A DNA stretch of 64,000 nt from a virus, in IMG/VR virus record IMGVR_UViG_3300013126_000014, positions 53,788 through 117,787 of that record, one strand, 5' to 3'. The translations under genes were made by a program, and so were the position numbers. Below, one piece after another: positions 1 through 9,089 of the stretch (the first letter of the stretch is position 1; each line of letters starts with the position of its first letter). The notes beneath the pieces were generated by a model. The model did no database searches, was not told the origin of the DNA, and saw only the letters and a list, made by a program, of their open reading frames with translations.

Positions 1-1320
1 ACTGTCTTTATTCGTAAGCAACTTGTATAAGAATTCTTGGTGTTCGCGTACACGCACTAACTCGTTCATAGTAGTGTAGTCAATTTCAGCAAGGGCTGTG
101 TCTTTCATTTCTTCAATCTGTTCAGTATAAGGATCTGTTTCGATACGCTTTGCTTCTAGTTGTGTTTGCAAACTAGCTACAGTTGAGCGATGATGAATGG
201 CGTCTTCTTCTTGGTCGTAAAACACCTTAGGTTGTTGGCCTAGCTCACCTAATTCTTTAAGAGCGTCGTTGTTCTGTATTAATTGAGTTTGTGTGCTCAT
301 GTACTGTAACGCGGCTTCTTTTAATGCTTCTTCTTTGGACTGTAAAACTTCTTCGTGTTTAGTGTCGTGCATAGTTTGACCACAGGCGTAACACTTGTGT
401 TCTTTAAGATCGGCAAGTTCTGTCTCTAATTTAGTAATTGCTTTTTCTTCTTTAATCATATCCTGTTCGCAGCGCAAGATATATTTCTTTAACTCGTCAA
501 TGTCTTTGCGCTTTTGGTTATATGTAGTTAATGCTTTGTGCGCAGAAATTTCACTATCAATATCAATATGCGATAATTCGTTTATAGCTGTTTCTAGTCT
601 AGCAACATCTTCGGTATGTTTATTGCGCCACATGGTCTGTCTACGTTCTAAACTAACAATTTGCTCTTTGATACGCTCGTTAGCTTCCTGAATTGCTTTA
701 ATTTTGTATTCTTCAGCGGTAATAGCATCACGACTTGCTTTTTGTTGTTCTTTTAATGCTTCTGCTTTTTCACTTAGTAATGTAATACCAAGTAACTGCT
801 CAATGATAGCACGCTGGTCACCTGATTTTAAACTTAAGAACGGTTCAGTATAGGTGTTAAGTGCCACAATGTGTTTAAACATATCATGCGTCATGCCCAA
901 CAAACGTTCAATTTCGGCTTGTGTTTCGCGACTGTCGCCCTGACTATTGTCGTCTTTTGATTCTTGTTCGATATCGCCAATATAAAACTTCATTACATTT
1001 GACTTGCGACCGCGCTCAATTTTATAGTCAATACCATTAACTTCAAATTCAATAGTAACTAACATATTTTTGCCGTTAGTTTTATTAATCAAATTATCTT
1101 TGCGTATGTTGGTTAATGCATTACCGTACAAGGCATATGATAGTGCATTAATGATAGTAGTTTTGCCAGTACCATTGCGTGCACCGCTATCATCTCCACC
1201 TAGATCGATGTTCTCACCCAAAACTAATGTTAGATCTTTACGATCAAAGTTAACGGCCTGTGTAGCATTACCTACACTCATAAAATTGCGAACTGTAAGA
1301 TGTTTTATTTTAAAACTCAT
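1..1320 (-). CDS. sbcC: SbcC/Rad50-like recombination endonuclease ATPase subunit (T4 gp46-like), truncated by the window edge
   Basis: Not in the ORF track. Hand translation from ATG 1320 gives MSFKIKHLTVRNFMSVGN...LVLGENIDLGGDDSGARNGTGKTTIINALSYALYG (Walker A), then coiled coil and a CYAC zinc hook near 385-396. ATGA overlap with the gp47-like stop. Confidence 0.93.
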   Translation of the reverse strand, partial: MSFKIKHLTVRNFMSVGNATQAVNFDRKDLTLVLGENIDLGGDDSGARNGTGKTTIINALSYALYGNALTNIRKDNLINKTNGKNMLVTIEFEVNGIDYKIERGRKSNVMKFYIGDIEQESKDDNSQGDSRETQAEIERLLGMTHDMFKHIVALNTYTEPFLSLKSGDQRAIIEQLLGITLLSEKAEALKEQQKASRDAITAEEYKIKAIQEANERIKEQIVSLERRQTMWRNKHTEDVARLETAINELSHIDIDSEISAHKALTTYNQKRKDIDELKKYILRCEQDMIKEEKAITKLETELADLKEHKCYACGQTMHDTKHEEVLQSKEEALKEAALQYMSTQTQLIQNNDALKELGELGQQPKVFYDQEEDAIHHRSTVASLQTQLEAKRIETDPYTEQIEEMKDTALAEIDYTTMNELVRVREHQEFLYKLLTNKDS

Positions 1321-2333
1321 AGGTGTCTATAGATATCCAATAATAATTTAGGTTCGTAGTGATCTGAGTTAATATTTGTAAGATTATTAGTAACGATAGT
1401 GTCAATACTTTCAAATTGCACGTTACCTAAAACAATATCTTGACCAATATCTGTGTGTTTAACAGGAATCAATGTTAACTCCCGTAAGTTGTATGTACCA
1501 ACAAAAGTTTCTTTAATAAATGTTGCTTCTTCGTAAGTAATATCAATGTCTATATTAACACGGGTGTGCATGTCTTTTAATAATAACGCTTCTGGAGTGC
1601 GCAGAACATCACTTAGATTGTATACACGATATTTGGGCTGATCGGGCCAACTATAGAATTCTGCTTCTTTGCCCCACTCTAAGACCATCATACCTCGCTC
1701 GTCGTCGCCTGCGTCGGCATAATTGTGCGGGAAACAATTACCAATGTAAGTAATATTTTTAGCTGTCTGACGTTTATGAAAGTGTCCGCTGAACACATGA
1801 TCGATATGGCCAAAGTTTTCACTACGCAATTCACCATGCTCTGGCATCTGTACCATAGCATTCATGTAGAAATGCGGCAGTTCGAAGTGCCCAAACATAT
1901 ACTTGGCATTTAGTTTGCCAATGCGCTTATGATCATCACCCACAAGCCAAGGAGCGATGACAACATCGCTATCAACAAACCAATCATTAACAATTCTGAC
2001 ATTAGGTAAGTGCCTTGCCCATTCCACGCTTTGAATATCTCTTTTGTCGCGATAATAAAGATCGTGATTACCAGGAATGAAATAAACAACATCAAAAGCA
2101 TCATTTAATAACTCCAGTGCTCGTAAGCTGTAGTTGAGTGTGACTATGTTAATTGCCGCACGGTTGTTGTGCCAGTCACCTAAGAAGAAACAGGTCTCGC
2201 AACCTTCTTCTTTTGCTTTCAAAATAAACCAACGAACAAAATTTAAACAGTCGTCGTTGTGTGTTTGACTGTTGGACTTTAACCCAAAATGGATATCGGT
2301 AAGAACCGCTGCTTTTTTAAATAAATTTGCCAT
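1317..2333 (-). CDS. sbcD: SbcD/Mre11-like nuclease subunit (T4 gp47-like)
   Basis: Metallophosphoesterase motifs DIHFG, FLGDW, GNHD, GHFH. Start moved from 2369 to ATG 2333 (MANLFKK), which follows a promoter-like element. Confidence 0.93.
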   Translation of the reverse strand: MANLFKKAAVLTDIHFGLKSNSQTHNDDCLNFVRWFILKAKEEGCETCFFLGDWHNNRAAINIVTLNYSLRALELLNDAFDVVYFIPGNHDLYYRDKRDIQSVEWARHLPNVRIVNDWFVDSDVVIAPWLVGDDHKRIGKLNAKYMFGHFELPHFYMNAMVQMPEHGELRSENFGHIDHVFSGHFHKRQTAKNITYIGNCFPHNYADAGDDERGMMVLEWGKEAEFYSWPDQPKYRVYNLSDVLRTPEALLLKDMHTRVNIDIDITYEEATFIKETFVGTYNLRELTLIPVKHTDIGQDIVLGNVQFESIDTIVTNNLTNINSDHYEPKLLLDIYRHL

Positions 2334-2339
2334 AACAAT

Positions 2340-2369
2340 AGTATAACAGTTCCTATTAATTAATTCCAA
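2340..2369 (-). promoter_or_regulatory. Putative sigma70-type promoter of the gp47/gp46 pair
   Basis: Minus strand TTGGAA-N18-TATACT with an extended -10 TG, ending 6 nt before ATG 2333. Confidence 0.5.
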
Positions 2370-3906
2370 TGATTTTGAGTAATCTTGCTCTGCAGGTTTC
2401 TGTTTTAATCCCGTTTTCCCAAAGCAATCCTCGATAGTGATCGCCGTGTTCGCATATATCTAAAATTTCCTCGTGGGTCATTCCTAGTGCCCTCATATCT
2501 GCGTATCTTGTAAAAAACACATTAACTTTACTAAGATTTGCTTTTTTTACAAAGTCGGCAGCCTCACTAAATGTTAATCCTACGTTAGACACCCATTCTT
2601 TTATGTTAATAAATTTATAACCGTACTTGGCATTATTCGTACTGATAGCACTTGCCCGCTCTAATTTTTTAAGCATAGGAGCGTCGTCTTTAGCAACTTC
2701 GAGGTAGTGCCAAATTACTGCGTGCATAAGGTCTGTGCTTTCTAACCAAGCATCGGTCTCTAGTAGACTTTCTAATGGTTCATGAGGTAATCCAGCAATA
2801 AAAAAACCGTGTATGAGGATTTGATTATCCCATATTTTTTTAAGCATTTCTAACGTTTCAATGATACGTTTTTTACCTACTCCTTTGCCTACACTCTGAC
2901 CTGCCTTGTCATGCAACGTCTCAACTCCAAAACTAGCTGCACGCCATCCGCTATCTAATAGCATCTGCGCCTGATCGGGTCTATTCCAAATTAAATCCAA
3001 TCGTAAATAGCCAGCAAGTTGCGGTTTGAACGGTAGTCGATTCCAGCATTTCTCGTAGAGCTCTTTAACCTTTGTTCGATCGTCGTTGTACAAATCATCC
3101 ATGATAACAAAATTAGTAGTGCCATATTTGTTATACATTTTAGTAATTTCTTCTCGTAGGTAGCTGGGGTTAACATAATTATCAGTAACCCCTTTCATGT
3201 CGTAATTACAAAACGCACATTTAAATGCGCATCCTCGACTGACTTCAATAGGTAGCCATTCGTGTGATTCAATATAGTCAGTGTCAGTGTATTCTATAAA
3301 ACTAAATTTAAAATCAGTTAAATCGTAATCGTCATTTGATGGCAAATCCGTTGTATTAAAATCCCCTCGATCTAATCTTCGAGTGTATTCTAACAGCGCC
3401 AGTTCAGCATTATGTTTGATATATGTTGCTTCGGGTACTAAGTGTTTGGAAGTAAAAAACGGGTTTCTGCTAAGAATACTACCACCAAACACCAACTGGC
3501 ACTGCGGGTTGTATTCTTTAGCGATTGACCAAATATCTCTGAATGTCTCAGTGTCATATATACATCCTAGATATTTCTTTTTATCAATATGGTCAGTATA
3601 AAACCAACTCCAAATTGGATCGTCAATTAGTAACTTATCCTCAGTCCATTGATCATAATATGGTTGATCTTTAATACCTGGAAGCCAGTTTGTACTGAAC
3701 CCTACCCACAACAAATTTTCGCTAGCATACCTGCGCATGACCTGTTCGTAACCTTTGCGAGTCAATGCAGTACAGTTAGGAATTACCTGTACATTGTATC
3801 CGTGGTGCCTTAGGTACGATGCTAGTTTATAAGGCCCGCACGGTCTATTGTACCAATAGATATCATGCGACATTCCTACAAATAGGATAGCCTGCGGCTT
3901 AGTCAT
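2356..3906 (-). CDS. Cobalamin-binding-domain (class B-like) radical SAM enzyme
   Basis: EVSRGCAFKCAFC (CxxxCxxC), N-terminal GPYKLASYLR...VFGG Rossmann-like B12-binding region, FGVET and FIAGLPHE motifs. Likely start MTKPQ at 3906 overlaps the gp55 stop by 8 nt. Confidence 0.85.
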   Translation of the reverse strand: MTKPQAILFVGMSHDIYWYNRPCGPYKLASYLRHHGYNVQVIPNCTALTRKGYEQVMRRYASENLLWVGFSTNWLPGIKDQPYYDQWTEDKLLIDDPIWSWFYTDHIDKKKYLGCIYDTETFRDIWSIAKEYNPQCQLVFGGSILSRNPFFTSKHLVPEATYIKHNAELALLEYTRRLDRGDFNTTDLPSNDDYDLTDFKFSFIEYTDTDYIESHEWLPIEVSRGCAFKCAFCNYDMKGVTDNYVNPSYLREEITKMYNKYGTTNFVIMDDLYNDDRTKVKELYEKCWNRLPFKPQLAGYLRLDLIWNRPDQAQMLLDSGWRAASFGVETLHDKAGQSVGKGVGKKRIIETLEMLKKIWDNQILIHGFFIAGLPHEPLESLLETDAWLESTDLMHAVIWHYLEVAKDDAPMLKKLERASAISTNNAKYGYKFINIKEWVSNVGLTFSEAADFVKKANLSKVNVFFTRYADMRALGMTHEEILDICEHGDHYRGLLWENGIKTETCRARLLKIIGIN

Positions 3907-4783
3907 CAGCACCCCAGCCACCACCGCCCCATTCACCTTGGCGTGTATAACTTGGTGTGTAGTTATTCATTTCTAAAATATCATCACGAATGTTTTGATT
4001 ACGCTTTTCAATATTTAAAACACGGGTAAATGAATTGGTGATTGCCGCTGTGTAATAAGCAAACGGATTTTGTGATTTACTTTCATCAAACTGTAGACCA
4101 ATTTGACTTAGCTGTAGTAATGCTTGACTACGCATTTCGTCGTTGTAAGTGTAACCTCGCCAGTTGCTTCGAGTGGCATATCTCTCACATAACTTGATGA
4201 ACATGTGTGCTAGTTTTGGAGTCATTTGTCCATGGTCTTTACTAAATTGACCCGGATCTAACCCGTCTGTCCAATGACTTTTACCTACGCAGTATGCATT
4301 GCCGTCTTCATTGACTTTAAAGTGTTGGAACGGAGGAAAATTAACTTTAATGTATTTGGCAGGTGCTTTGATACTTACAGACGGGTCATCGTATTCAGTT
4401 TCAAAAATGTCGTCATCTTCTAATTCTTCTTGAAGTTTTGCATTGGCCTTCTTTTGTTTAACTTCGTCGATTGGTATGTGATCCCATGTCATAACACGAA
4501 ATACAACATCTGTTATGGGAATTTTGCTAGCAGGTAGTAAAAACTCATCAAGTTTGCGCTTGTTTCCTGCTAATAGCTCTGCTTCTTGTTGTTCTTTAGC
4601 TAACCGTTCTGCACGCAGTTTGCGTGCTTCATCTAATTTAGATTTCTTTGTAATTTTTTCAATATTATCTACAATGATATCGTAACTAGTGACAGTTAGG
4701 TCACTAAAGGTGCAGTAAGTTAGTTTACTTTTGTGAATCTCTTTAAGAATATCTTTGTTATTTAAATAGTTAACCTTTCGCAT
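3899..4783 (-). CDS. gp55: Late-transcription sigma factor (T4 gp55-like)
   Basis: NYLNNKD N-terminus, NWRGYTYNDEM, FDESKSQNPFAYYT and EKRNQNIRD motifs. Lies upstream of gp47/gp46 as in T4-like phages. Confidence 0.85.
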   Translation of the reverse strand: MRKVNYLNNKDILKEIHKSKLTYCTFSDLTVTSYDIIVDNIEKITKKSKLDEARKLRAERLAKEQQEAELLAGNKRKLDEFLLPASKIPITDVVFRVMTWDHIPIDEVKQKKANAKLQEELEDDDIFETEYDDPSVSIKAPAKYIKVNFPPFQHFKVNEDGNAYCVGKSHWTDGLDPGQFSKDHGQMTPKLAHMFIKLCERYATRSNWRGYTYNDEMRSQALLQLSQIGLQFDESKSQNPFAYYTAAITNSFTRVLNIEKRNQNIRDDILEMNNYTPSYTRQGEWGGGGWGADD

Positions 4784-4823
4784 TCAGTTAGTTTCCTTTT
4801 ATATACTACTATATTACAGTCAA

Positions 4824-4829
4824 TAAATA
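4824..4829 (+). promoter_or_regulatory. TAAATA late-promoter motif heading the baseplate operon
   Basis: TAAATA (core of the T4 late promoter TATAAATA) 26 nt before ATG 4856. The motif recurs before many structural genes. Confidence 0.65.
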
Positions 4830-4855
4830 CAATAAAGCAAGAGGTAAGGTTAAAA

Positions 4856-5812
4856 ATGGCATTATTTGATTCTATCAAAGGTGGAATTTCGGGCGGGGTT
4901 GGACGACTAGCAGGAAATGTAAAAGATCTATTAGATCCTGCAAATGCTCGACGTGCCATTTCTGGTCTGTTTCCGGGGGGTTCTGTTGGACAAGGGAAAC
5001 AGTCTGCTAGAATAGGATTCCAACAGGGTGGCGGCAGTCCAGTTGATCCATCGGATGATTGGCGAGTACGTATAAGCCTAAGTCCTTCAAATAAGATTTT
5101 TTATAACGACACTAATAATGATCTACTTACTCCGTTGAGCGTAACTGACGGGGTAGTTTTTCCTTATACTCCGAGTATTTCTGTGACACATCAGGCAATT
5201 TATAATCCTGCACAGCTTACACATAGTAATTATGCAGCGCAGTTTTACCAAGGTAGCGAAGTGAGTGACATAACCATCAATGGTGATTTTACTGTACAGA
5301 ATGTTGACGAGGGTAGATATTTACTAGCAGCAATATACTTTTTTAGAAGTGCTACTAAAATGTTTTTTGGTTACGATTCTGCAGGGCAACCTAGCGGTAA
5401 TCCGCCACCGATAGTTTATTTAGACGGCTACGGTGAACACTATTTCCCCCATGTTCCTTGTGTGATTACTAATTTTACACATGTGTTACCAAACGAAGTC
5501 GACTATATTGAAATACCGTTTACTACACAGAAAGTTGTAGATGTCGAATCTTCGCTGCCAACAGAAAGCAATCGAAGTGTGCAGTTGTCGGGCGAAGAGC
5601 AGCAATACGTTCCTAGTTTATTAAAATCAAACAATCCTTCTAGAAAACAACAGGGATTTCAGGTCACAACAAAATTAACAAGATTGCCTACGAATAGTTC
5701 GGTCAGCATCACCCTACGACCAGTATATAGCCGTAAGAGTCTGCATGAAAAATTTAATCTGCATGATTTCGCCTCAGGAAAACTAATTAAAGGCAGCGGA
5801 GGGTTCCTATAA
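4856..5812 (+). CDS. Putative baseplate / tail-tube-initiator-like structural protein
   Basis: FPYTPSI and NPPPIVYLDGYG motifs typical of tube-initiator-like proteins of contractile systems. First gene of the baseplate cluster. Confidence 0.55.
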   Translation: MALFDSIKGGISGGVGRLAGNVKDLLDPANARRAISGLFPGGSVGQGKQSARIGFQQGGGSPVDPSDDWRVRISLSPSNKIFYNDTNNDLLTPLSVTDGVVFPYTPSISVTHQAIYNPAQLTHSNYAAQFYQGSEVSDITINGDFTVQNVDEGRYLLAAIYFFRSATKMFFGYDSAGQPSGNPPPIVYLDGYGEHYFPHVPCVITNFTHVLPNEVDYIEIPFTTQKVVDVESSLPTESNRSVQLSGEEQQYVPSLLKSNNPSRKQQGFQVTTKLTRLPTNSSVSITLRPVYSRKSLHEKFNLHDFASGKLIKGSGGFL

Positions 5813-6117
5813 TGGCACAGGTAGAATATAGCAAATTGAGTCCATATTATGGTACTACGGTATACGGCAACTTTTTAGATGTAGCAACTGATAGACAAAT
5901 ACCCAAAGATCCAAGTGATGTGTTGTATACTATAGATAAGCCATATGACAAGCGTCCCGATCTATTAGCAGACGACATATACGGCGACAGTCGATTGTGG
6001 TGGGTATTTGCCGTCAGAAACCCAAACACCTTACAAGATCCTCTGTTTGATTTTACTGCGGGTACAGTTATATACATTCCAAAAAAAGAAGCTATAGTGT
6101 CGGCGTTAGGGCTTTAA
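5812..6117 (+). CDS. Baseplate wedge protein, gp53/LysM-like
   Basis: RPDLLADDIYGDSRLWWVFAVRN...G..IYIP pattern; 101 aa; baseplate context. Confidence 0.8.
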   Translation: MAQVEYSKLSPYYGTTVYGNFLDVATDRQIPKDPSDVLYTIDKPYDKRPDLLADDIYGDSRLWWVFAVRNPNTLQDPLFDFTAGTVIYIPKKEAIVSALGL

Positions 6118-6120
6118 TTA

Positions 6121-9066
6121 ATGGCAATAATATATAAACAACAGACTGTTGCCGGCGGCGAGCTTGGTGGTGATTGGCAGGTACTCGGTGGGTATAATGA
6201 TGCAACTAGAGTCATTACCGTACAAGTAATCACATCATCTGGTAAGGTTTTATACCAAGGAACATCAGTGGGTGCGATCAATGCAGATATCGATGCTGCC
6301 ATTGATTTTTCTCGAAACAATCCCATTGACGGTATTGATCCTTCGGTTGAACTTGCGTTCTTTAAATCCACACAAGCCGCAGTATCAACGATATACAATG
6401 ATCTACAAACACAATACAAAACAGAAACTGCGCCTGCCAACACCGCACAGGCGCCTGTACCTGCACAACCGCAGCAAGATGCAGGTGCTGTAACTAGCGC
6501 CGAACAGCAACGATTGTCAGATGCAAATTCAACATCAGACAGCACGGTAGAAAATGCCGGAACAAACTCAGAAGCTAATAATAGTGAAAAATTAACATTT
6601 AAAGATGTTAGTGTTGAAGGTGCTAGATACAGAGAAAATCCTCTTCATGCGTATCCAAGTTATACCTACAGTTTGAGTCTACATTTATTATCTTCTGAAG
6701 AATTTAATAAAATGGTCGAAACGCAGGAATATAGACCTAGTAATGTGCTGATATCAAGTGCTGGGAGATATAATAACGTAGAGGGAAAAGGATCATTTAA
6801 AAGAAATACATGGTTCAACGAAGATTTTTATTTTGAGGATCTTTCAATTACTACAGTAATCGGGTTAGGCGAAACTAACCGAAGTACTAACGCAGTGGAT
6901 ATAAAATTTACAATAGTTGAACCCTACGGATTAACATTGTTAGATCGAATTGTAGACGCTAGTAATCAACTTGGGATAGAGAACTATCTACAAAATCCCT
7001 ACATGCTACAAATTGATTTTTATGGGTGTGACGACAACGGGAACATTATTAGTCCAATACCTGATATTACTAAAAACATTCCCATGCAAATACGTACCTG
7101 CTCTGCCAGTGTTACTACAAAAGGTAGCGAGTATAGTATTACAGGTACACCATTCTCTCATCAGGCATTCGATCAGCGGGTACAAGAGTGTCCAATTAAT
7201 GTTGAAGTAGCATCACGCACAGTTGAAGGATTTTTTAAAAGTACAACAGACGGCGCTGAAGAACTATCTAGACGTATATCTAAGGATAGAGAAGAAAGGG
7301 AAGAATACAGAAAATACCGCCAGGACGTAGAAGAACGTGCGGCAATGAACAATCAAGTATTGCCATTAACATCAGTCACCGAAAGACTGTCAAGAGATCC
7401 TGTGTATAGCACAAGTAGTTTAGCTGATGCAATTAACGCTTACTATATTAGTTTAGAAAATAACCTCAAATTGGTATCTGATCGAATAAATTTTGTGTTC
7501 CACCCTGATATAGCAAAAGCTACAATAGTTGATGCAATGCCTGCACCAAGTGATCGACCAATGAATGCCACAGACCTTATCAGAGCAATTAGGGGAAATG
7601 CAGGTATCAATGTTGGTGCATTCAATGAGAATGAAGTTAAAACACCAGTTAGCTATGGTTCTAGTATTGAAGCCGTAATAGCCAGAGTTATAAGAAACAG
7701 CTCATACATACGCGACCAACTTGCTATACTTGAAGGTGAAAAAGACGTTGAAAAGTATAATAACTTAAAAGAGAAAAATAAAACAGCAAACTTAGAATGG
7801 TTTAAAATAGTACCAGTGCTAAAATTACGAGGTTACGATCCCTTTACTAATACATTTGGGAGAGAAATTACCTATTATGTGGTCCCCTACACTATAAAAA
7901 ATATCAGATTAGACGATGCACCAAAGGGCAAAGCCACACGAAATGATGCTGTAAAATTTTACAATTACATTTACACTGGCTCTAATATAGATATTTTAGA
8001 TTTGAAAATAGATTTTAATGCAGTGTATTATACCAGCATAACCGCTTTTCGATCAAACTACTTAAGTGCGTCTGGGATATCTGATTATTTTGACACAGGA
8101 AACAGTTGTGAAGTGGCAAAACTGCCGCCACCTGGGACAACTTTGCAACCAACCCAAAGATTTTACAAGCTACCCGATCAACGTGACATAACCTCAGTAC
8201 GTAGTAAAACAGCAGCAGAAATAGCTGCTGCAGACCTAGAAAGATCAATCATGACAGAACCTATAGCAGACATGTTAAAAGTAGATCTTTCCATATTAGG
8301 TGATCCGGAGTTTATTAAACAGGACGATTTGTTTTATCCTCCTACGCTTGACGAAAACGGTAATCCAGTTAGAGAATTTGAAACTCCTATTACTAAAAAC
8401 GGAAGCATAAAAACAGATCAAGGTGAAGTATACGTACTATTGATAATTAAAACCCCAACTGATATTAATGATGAAACAGGTATGATGAGTTTTGGAGAAC
8501 GGGCATATACTAGCGGATTTTCTGGATTATACAGAGTGCATGTTGTTGAGAACGAATTCAATCGCGGAACATTTAAACAAAAACTAACATTAGTGCGACA
8601 ACCCGAACAAGATGGCGAACAAAGTGCGCAAAGCGCATTGGAAAGGGTTAAAGATTGGAAAGAATATCCTACAGGATCGGGAGATATTGCACCACCTGCA
8701 GGCAACAAACAAGAAGATGCTGTTGCAGTAGACGACACTACAAATCAACCAGCTGTTGACCCAGCGCCGGCGCTTGATCCCACCCCTGATGCGGCACAAA
8801 AAGATTTAGCTAATATCAGAAATAGTGCGCCCGAAGTACCTATCAATCAACGTAATGAGCCGCAAGCTGTTCCGCCCGGTCCATTGACTGAAAGGGCGTC
8901 TCTTGAAGCACAACATAAGGCTATTCAACAAGAAATATATAGCATTGTCACTAAAACCGGTGTTAGCTCTCAGCAACGTGCTGCCGATAACGCACGAATA
9001 ACAGTTCTTAACCAACAAGCGGCTGAGGTTGTTAGTAAATTAACAGCAATCGGCGCATGGAAATAA
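6121..9066 (+). CDS. Putative baseplate hub protein (gp27-like) with low-complexity extensions
   Basis: Position between gp53-like and gp5-like genes. C-terminal ILGDP...FSGLYRVHVVENEF.RG.FKQKL pattern of hub proteins. Confidence 0.6.
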   Translation: MAIIYKQQTVAGGELGGDWQVLGGYNDATRVITVQVITSSGKVLYQGTSVGAINADIDAAIDFSRNNPIDGIDPSVELAFFKSTQAAVSTIYNDLQTQYKTETAPANTAQAPVPAQPQQDAGAVTSAEQQRLSDANSTSDSTVENAGTNSEANNSEKLTFKDVSVEGARYRENPLHAYPSYTYSLSLHLLSSEEFNKMVETQEYRPSNVLISSAGRYNNVEGKGSFKRNTWFNEDFYFEDLSITTVIGLGETNRSTNAVDIKFTIVEPYGLTLLDRIVDASNQLGIENYLQNPYMLQIDFYGCDDNGNIISPIPDITKNIPMQIRTCSASVTTKGSEYSITGTPFSHQAFDQRVQECPINVEVASRTVEGFFKSTTDGAEELSRRISKDREEREEYRKYRQDVEERAAMNNQVLPLTSVTERLSRDPVYSTSSLADAINAYYISLENNLKLVSDRINFVFHPDIAKATIVDAMPAPSDRPMNATDLIRAIRGNAGINVGAFNENEVKTPVSYGSSIEAVIARVIRNSSYIRDQLAILEGEKDVEKYNNLKEKNKTANLEWFKIVPVLKLRGYDPFTNTFGREITYYVVPYTIKNIRLDDAPKGKATRNDAVKFYNYIYTGSNIDILDLKIDFNAVYYTSITAFRSNYLSASGISDYFDTGNSCEVAKLPPPGTTLQPTQRFYKLPDQRDITSVRSKTAAEIAAADLERSIMTEPIADMLKVDLSILGDPEFIKQDDLFYPPTLDENGNPVREFETPITKNGSIKTDQGEVYVLLIIKTPTDINDETGMMSFGERAYTSGFSGLYRVHVVENEFNRGTFKQKLTLVRQPEQDGEQSAQSALERVKDWKEYPTGSGDIAPPAGNKQEDAVAVDDTTNQPAVDPAPALDPTPDAAQKDLANIRNSAPEVPINQRNEPQAVPPGPLTERASLEAQHKAIQQEIYSIVTKTGVSSQQRAADNARITVLNQQAAEVVSKLTAIGAWK

Positions 9067-9089
9067 TGCAACTATTGGAATAACAAAAA

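Noticed and set aside
395-1351. Plus-strand ORFs 395..691 and 1070..1351
   Set aside because: Antisense shadows of the gp46/SbcC gene, which the track missed because it runs off the window.
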